A DNA stretch of 64,000 bases from Pirellulales bacterium (GTDB lineage Bacteria; Planctomycetota; Planctomycetia; Pirellulales; JAICIG01), in assembly GCA_040901675.1 (NCBI GenBank), contig JBBDYJ010000001.1, positions 107,618 to 171,617 of the forward strand, in the 5' to 3' direction. The notes beneath the pieces are model-generated. The model worked only from the letters and a program-made list of their open reading frames with translations. It ran no database searches and was not told the DNA's origin. The position numbers and the translations under genes were made by a program. Shown here piece after piece: positions 59,981 to 64,000 of this stretch (position 1 is the first letter of the stretch; each line of letters starts with the position of its first letter).

Positions 59981-62098
59981 ATGGGAACGACGTGGCTCCC
60001 GCGGCCGCCTTATCCGGCGATTACCTTGATCCTCGCCTTCCTCTGCGTGAGCGGCCCCGCCTGGGGACAGCAGTTTGAATGGCAAGAGGCGACGCCGGAA
60101 AGCCAGGGCATCTCCTCCGAGAAGCTGGATCTGCTCAAGGACAGCCTGGCATCCCGAAACACCAAGGCCCTTCTGGTGATCCGCAACGACCAGATCGTTT
60201 ACGAGTGGTACGCCGAGGGCCACGGCGCGGAGAAGACGCATTACACCGCGTCGATGGCTAAGGCCGTCGTCGGCGGACTCTCGCTCGGCGTCGCCATGAC
60301 CGACGGCCGGATCGCGCTCGATGACAAGGCGGCCAAGTACATTCCCCAGTGGCAGCGTGACGCGCGCAAGTCGAAGATCGCCGTTCGCCAGCTCGGCTCA
60401 CACACGTCGGGGCTGGACGACGCCGAGGCGGACGGCTTGCCGCACGACAAGCTGACCGGCTGGAAAGGCGACTTCTGGAAACGGCTCGATGCGCCGAACG
60501 ATCCCTTTACCATCTCGCGCGACAAGACGCCGACGCTCTTCGACGCCGGCGAGAAGTTCCAGTACAGCAACCCCGGCATCGCCATGCTGACCTACGCGGT
60601 CACCGCCGCGCTCGCCGACGCGCCGCAAAAGGACATCCGCACGCTTCTGCGGGATCGCGTGATGCGGCCTATCGGCGTGCCGGACAAGGAATGGTCGGTG
60701 GGCTACGGCAAGACGTACACGGTAGACGGCTTGCCGCTGGTCGGTTCCTGGGGCGGAGGCGGCTACACGGCCCGGGCGGTGGCTCGCGTCGGCCGGCTCA
60801 TGCTGCGCGAGGGCGACTGGGACGGCACACGACTCCTCAGCACGCAGGCCGTCCGCCAAATCACCACTGACGCCGGGATGCCCGGCCACTGCGGCATGGG
60901 CTGGTGGTGCGGCGACGACGCCAAGTACCCCAAGCTGCCTCAAGATGCGTTCTGGGGCTGGGGAGCCGGCGATCAGGTGGTGCTCGTCGTCCCCAGCCTG
61001 AACCTCATCGCCGTGCGCAACGGAGGCCTGCTCAGCGCCGAGGAAGAAAACGCCGCCGCGCTGAACGCCCATCTGTTCGAGCCACTGCTGGAAACCATCA
61101 CCGCCGGGGCCTCCACGACGCAGGGCATCGCTCCGTATCCACCCAGCAGGGTCATCGCCCGCATCGATTGGGAAGACAACGCCACGATCGTCCGACAAGC
61201 CAAAGGCAGCGATAACTGGCCGCTCACCTGGGCGGACGATGACCACCTCTACATGGCCTACGGCGACGGGAACGGTTTCGAGCCCCACATCAGGGAGAAG
61301 CTGAGCCTGGGCTTCGCTCGAGTCGAGGGGGGACCCACCAGGTTCACCGGGACCAACATCCGCTCGGCCACGCTGGAGCAAAAAGGGGACGGCAAGTCCG
61401 GCAAGAAAGCCAGCGGCCTCGTCATGGTGGACGGCGTTCTGTACCTCTGGGCCCGCAACGCCGGCAACGCCCAACTGGCGTGGTCGGACGACCGCGGCAA
61501 TACCTGGACCTGGAGCGACTGGAAGTTCACGACCGGCTTCGGCTGCCCGACGTTCCTCAACTTCGGCAAGAATTACGCCGGCGCCCGGGACGCCTTCGTC
61601 TACATCTACTCCCACGACCACGACAGCGCCTACGAGCCCGCCGACCGGATGGTGCTGGCCCGCGTGCCGAAAGGTCAGCTCAAGGAGCGCGACGCTTACG
61701 AGTTTTTGAAGGTCCTCGATGGGCAGGGCGAGCCGATCTGGACCAAGGATATCGCCGAGCGCGGGGCCGTGTTCACGCACCCTCGGCGGTGCTACCGCTC
61801 CGGCATCAGCTACAACGCGAGCCTGCAGCGATACCTGTGGGCGCAGATCATCCCCGACCTGCACGGCCAAAAGGCAGACACGCGATTCGAAGGCGGGTTC
61901 GGCATCTACGACGCGCCCGAGCCTTGGGGGCCTTGGACCACGGTGTTCTACAGCGAAGCTTGGGACGTCGGCCCCGGAGAGACGGGCAGCTTTCCGACCA
62001 AGTGGATGAGCCCCGACGGCAAGACCCTCTATCTCGTGTTCTCCGGCGACGATGCCTTCTCAGTGCGCAAAGCAGTGCTCGCGCCGTCCGGGAAGTGA
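59981..62098 (+). CDS. Secreted beta-lactamase-family serine hydrolase fused to a DUF4185-like domain
   Basis: Signal peptide, SMAK (SxxK), YSN, WGWG; C-terminal 'GSDNWPLTWADD..YGDG.GF'. Confidence 0.88.
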   Translation: MGTTWLPRPPYPAITLILAFLCVSGPAWGQQFEWQEATPESQGISSEKLDLLKDSLASRNTKALLVIRNDQIVYEWYAEGHGAEKTHYTASMAKAVVGGLSLGVAMTDGRIALDDKAAKYIPQWQRDARKSKIAVRQLGSHTSGLDDAEADGLPHDKLTGWKGDFWKRLDAPNDPFTISRDKTPTLFDAGEKFQYSNPGIAMLTYAVTAALADAPQKDIRTLLRDRVMRPIGVPDKEWSVGYGKTYTVDGLPLVGSWGGGGYTARAVARVGRLMLREGDWDGTRLLSTQAVRQITTDAGMPGHCGMGWWCGDDAKYPKLPQDAFWGWGAGDQVVLVVPSLNLIAVRNGGLLSAEEENAAALNAHLFEPLLETITAGASTTQGIAPYPPSRVIARIDWEDNATIVRQAKGSDNWPLTWADDDHLYMAYGDGNGFEPHIREKLSLGFARVEGGPTRFTGTNIRSATLEQKGDGKSGKKASGLVMVDGVLYLWARNAGNAQLAWSDDRGNTWTWSDWKFTTGFGCPTFLNFGKNYAGARDAFVYIYSHDHDSAYEPADRMVLARVPKGQLKERDAYEFLKVLDGQGEPIWTKDIAERGAVFTHPRRCYRSGISYNASLQRYLWAQIIPDLHGQKADTRFEGGFGIYDAPEPWGPWTTVFYSEAWDVGPGETGSFPTKWMSPDGKTLYLVFSGDDAFSVRKAVLAPSGK

Positions 62099-62216
62099 GG
62101 GAAGTGAGGGAAGGGAGGGTTTCGCCTTTGACAACGGCAAATACTACAATGCACCTCGGCGCCGAGAACGATGGCATGCTGCATGTCATGTCGACTCAGA
62201 CCTCGGGAGACCGACC

Positions 62217-63650
62217 ATGAAAACGCGGCTGTCACTCTTGCTCTTTGTCACTTGGGCGGTCCTGGCGGCGCCGGCTCGGGCGGAGAACTACGCTCCCCGT
62301 ATCGCCGAGCGCCATGGGGATTTCACGCTGCCGGCGATCAGCGACGGCAAGCCCGTCTCGCTCACGCAGTTTCACGGGAAGAAGGTGCTGCTGATCCAGT
62401 TTGCAAGCTGGTGAGCCGGCTGCCGGCAGCATGTGCCGGTCTGGCACAACGCGACCCGGAAGTGGGTTGAAGACGGACGGCTCGTCGTGCTCGGCATTGT
62501 GCAGGAGCAGCATCCCGACCGCTGCCAACTATTCGCCCAGTGGCACAAGCTCGACTGGCCCATCCTGTGGGATCCCATCAATGTCCTGGAGTCGGCCGCC
62601 GTCCCGATCGTCGTGGCGATCGACGAGCACGGGATTGTCCGTGCCGTCAGTCCACGGCCGGAGAGCTTCGAGCGGGATTTCTTGAATCGGCAATTCGACG
62701 ACGATCCGCCGAACCGTGCGGCGGGCGCGAAACGGCCCGGCAGAAAAACAATCGGCGCGTCGCGCCTCGACGTGATCGAACTGCGTCGGCAGGCGGACGT
62801 CGAAGCATCGGCCGCGTCCTGGCGGCGACTGGGCGACGCGCTCATTCTTTGGCACGGCGCTGGCCGGGTCGATGACGCGATTGATGCTTACCGGCGTGCC
62901 CTGCTCGTTGACCCGCGCGATGGCAACACGTTGTTCCGGCTCGGCGTCAGCCACCGCGTGCGTTCGGAATCCGACCAAAGCCACGCCGCCGACTTCCAGG
63001 CCGCGATCGAATTCTGGGAGCAGGCGCTGGCCACCAATCCGAACCAGTACATCTGGCGGCGCCGCATCCAGCAGTTTGGTCCGCGGCTGGAAAAACCGTA
63101 CCCGTTCTACGATTGGGTGGACGAGGCCCGCCGAGCGATCGTCGAGCGCGGCGAGACGCCGATCGAGCTGGCGGTTCCGCCGGTCGGCGCGGAACTCGCG
63201 CAGCCAGCCCGCTCGTTCGCAGCCGCGACCGACCAAGCCGGGTCGCCCGACCCCGACGGCAAGATCATCCGTGACCGAGACGGCTTGATCGAGGCTGAAG
63301 TGACGCTGGTCCCGTCGCAACTTCGGCCGGGCGGCACGGCGCGCGTCCACGTGGCGTTCCGCCCCAACGCCGCCCTTCAGGCGCATTGGAACAATGAGAG
63401 CGAGCCCTTGCGGCTGTGGGTCGACGTGCCGCCCGGCTGGCAAGTTTCCGAGCGGCTGCTCTCGACCTCACCGGTTGATCGGCCGGTCAGCGATGAAGTC
63501 CGTCGCCTCGACTTCGAGTTGCAAGTTCCCGCCGATGCCGGCGAGGGGGACGCGGTCTCCGCTTACGCCCTCTACTACGTCTGCGAGGGCTCCAATGGCA
63601 CTTGCCAGTTCCTGCGGAAAGACTTCACCGTCAAGGTCTCCGGCAATTGA
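62217..63650 (+). CDS. Predicted exported selenoprotein (477 aa): TlpA/AhpC-TSA redoxin (WUxxC), TPR-like, DsbD-N-like domains
   Basis: ORFs 62052..62414 and 62433..63650 are in the same frame, separated only by TGA 62412-62414 in FASW-U-AGC; GGAGA RBS; signal peptide. Confidence 0.88.
62432..62448 (+). promoter_or_regulatory. Candidate bacterial SECIS hairpin
   Basis: UGUGCC-GGUCU-GGCACA; apical G 24 nt after the UGA. Confidence 0.7.
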
Positions 63651-63696
63651 ATGAACCAATGGCGAATAAAACGGGTGGGGCCGCAATGGCAGTGAG

Positions 63697-63769
<73 letters not shown>

Positions 63770-64000
63770 GAAGTACCGATATCTTAACAGGTTTAGCCCT
63801 TCCCTCCAGATACCCGACAGGGGCCCCACGGCGGCGTTCGAGCGCCATTGTCCGCACGTTAAACGGCCATGGCGCCGATCTGCTCAGCTTGAAAGCTGTA
63901 ATCGGCGGAGGGATAGGGACAAAACGGCCTTGGGCCGGCCAGCCGCCGATTGGCCCTTCGCCGGGCTGGATCCGCTCCGATCACCTCGAGCGTGAGCGGT

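Noticed and set aside
59981..61110. Acquired beta-lactamase resistance gene
   Set aside because: Generic serine hydrolase motifs with a non-canonical third motif and a large fused domain
62052..63650. Two separate genes or a nonsense pseudogene
   Set aside because: The stop is TGA exactly at the catalytic Cys position, the frame is continuous and a SECIS-like hairpin follows; read-through is the simpler explanation

Overview
A 64-kb high-GC chromosomal window, almost certainly from a planctomycete. Supporting features are an LEERRLLA-motif S8 protease, a WD40/TPR Ser/Thr kinase, a BlaI/BlaR1 pair, FQFRL-motif membrane proteins and a zinc-ribbon SpoVG. Housekeeping blocks (ispE-spoVG, tyrA-purL-purQ, lysS-lolE-lolD-ilvE, gap, tRNA-Lys) alternate with accessory genes. 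The main finding is a gene the ORF track splits in two (62217..63650). It appears to be one exported selenoprotein: redoxin with W-U-x-x-C, then TPR-like, then DsbD-N-like domains. It has an in-frame TGA followed by a SECIS-like hairpin. Other notable items are an AT-richer island with two unrecognised secreted proteins and an orphan Rhs toxin/immunity pair, a 24-bp palindromic mini-element inserted into a REP and then into itself, a tandem paralogue pair with apparently leaderless promoters, and gene remnants truncated at convergent junctions. No CRISPR array, transposase, integrase or rRNA was seen. All calls are by eye from motifs; no database searches were run.
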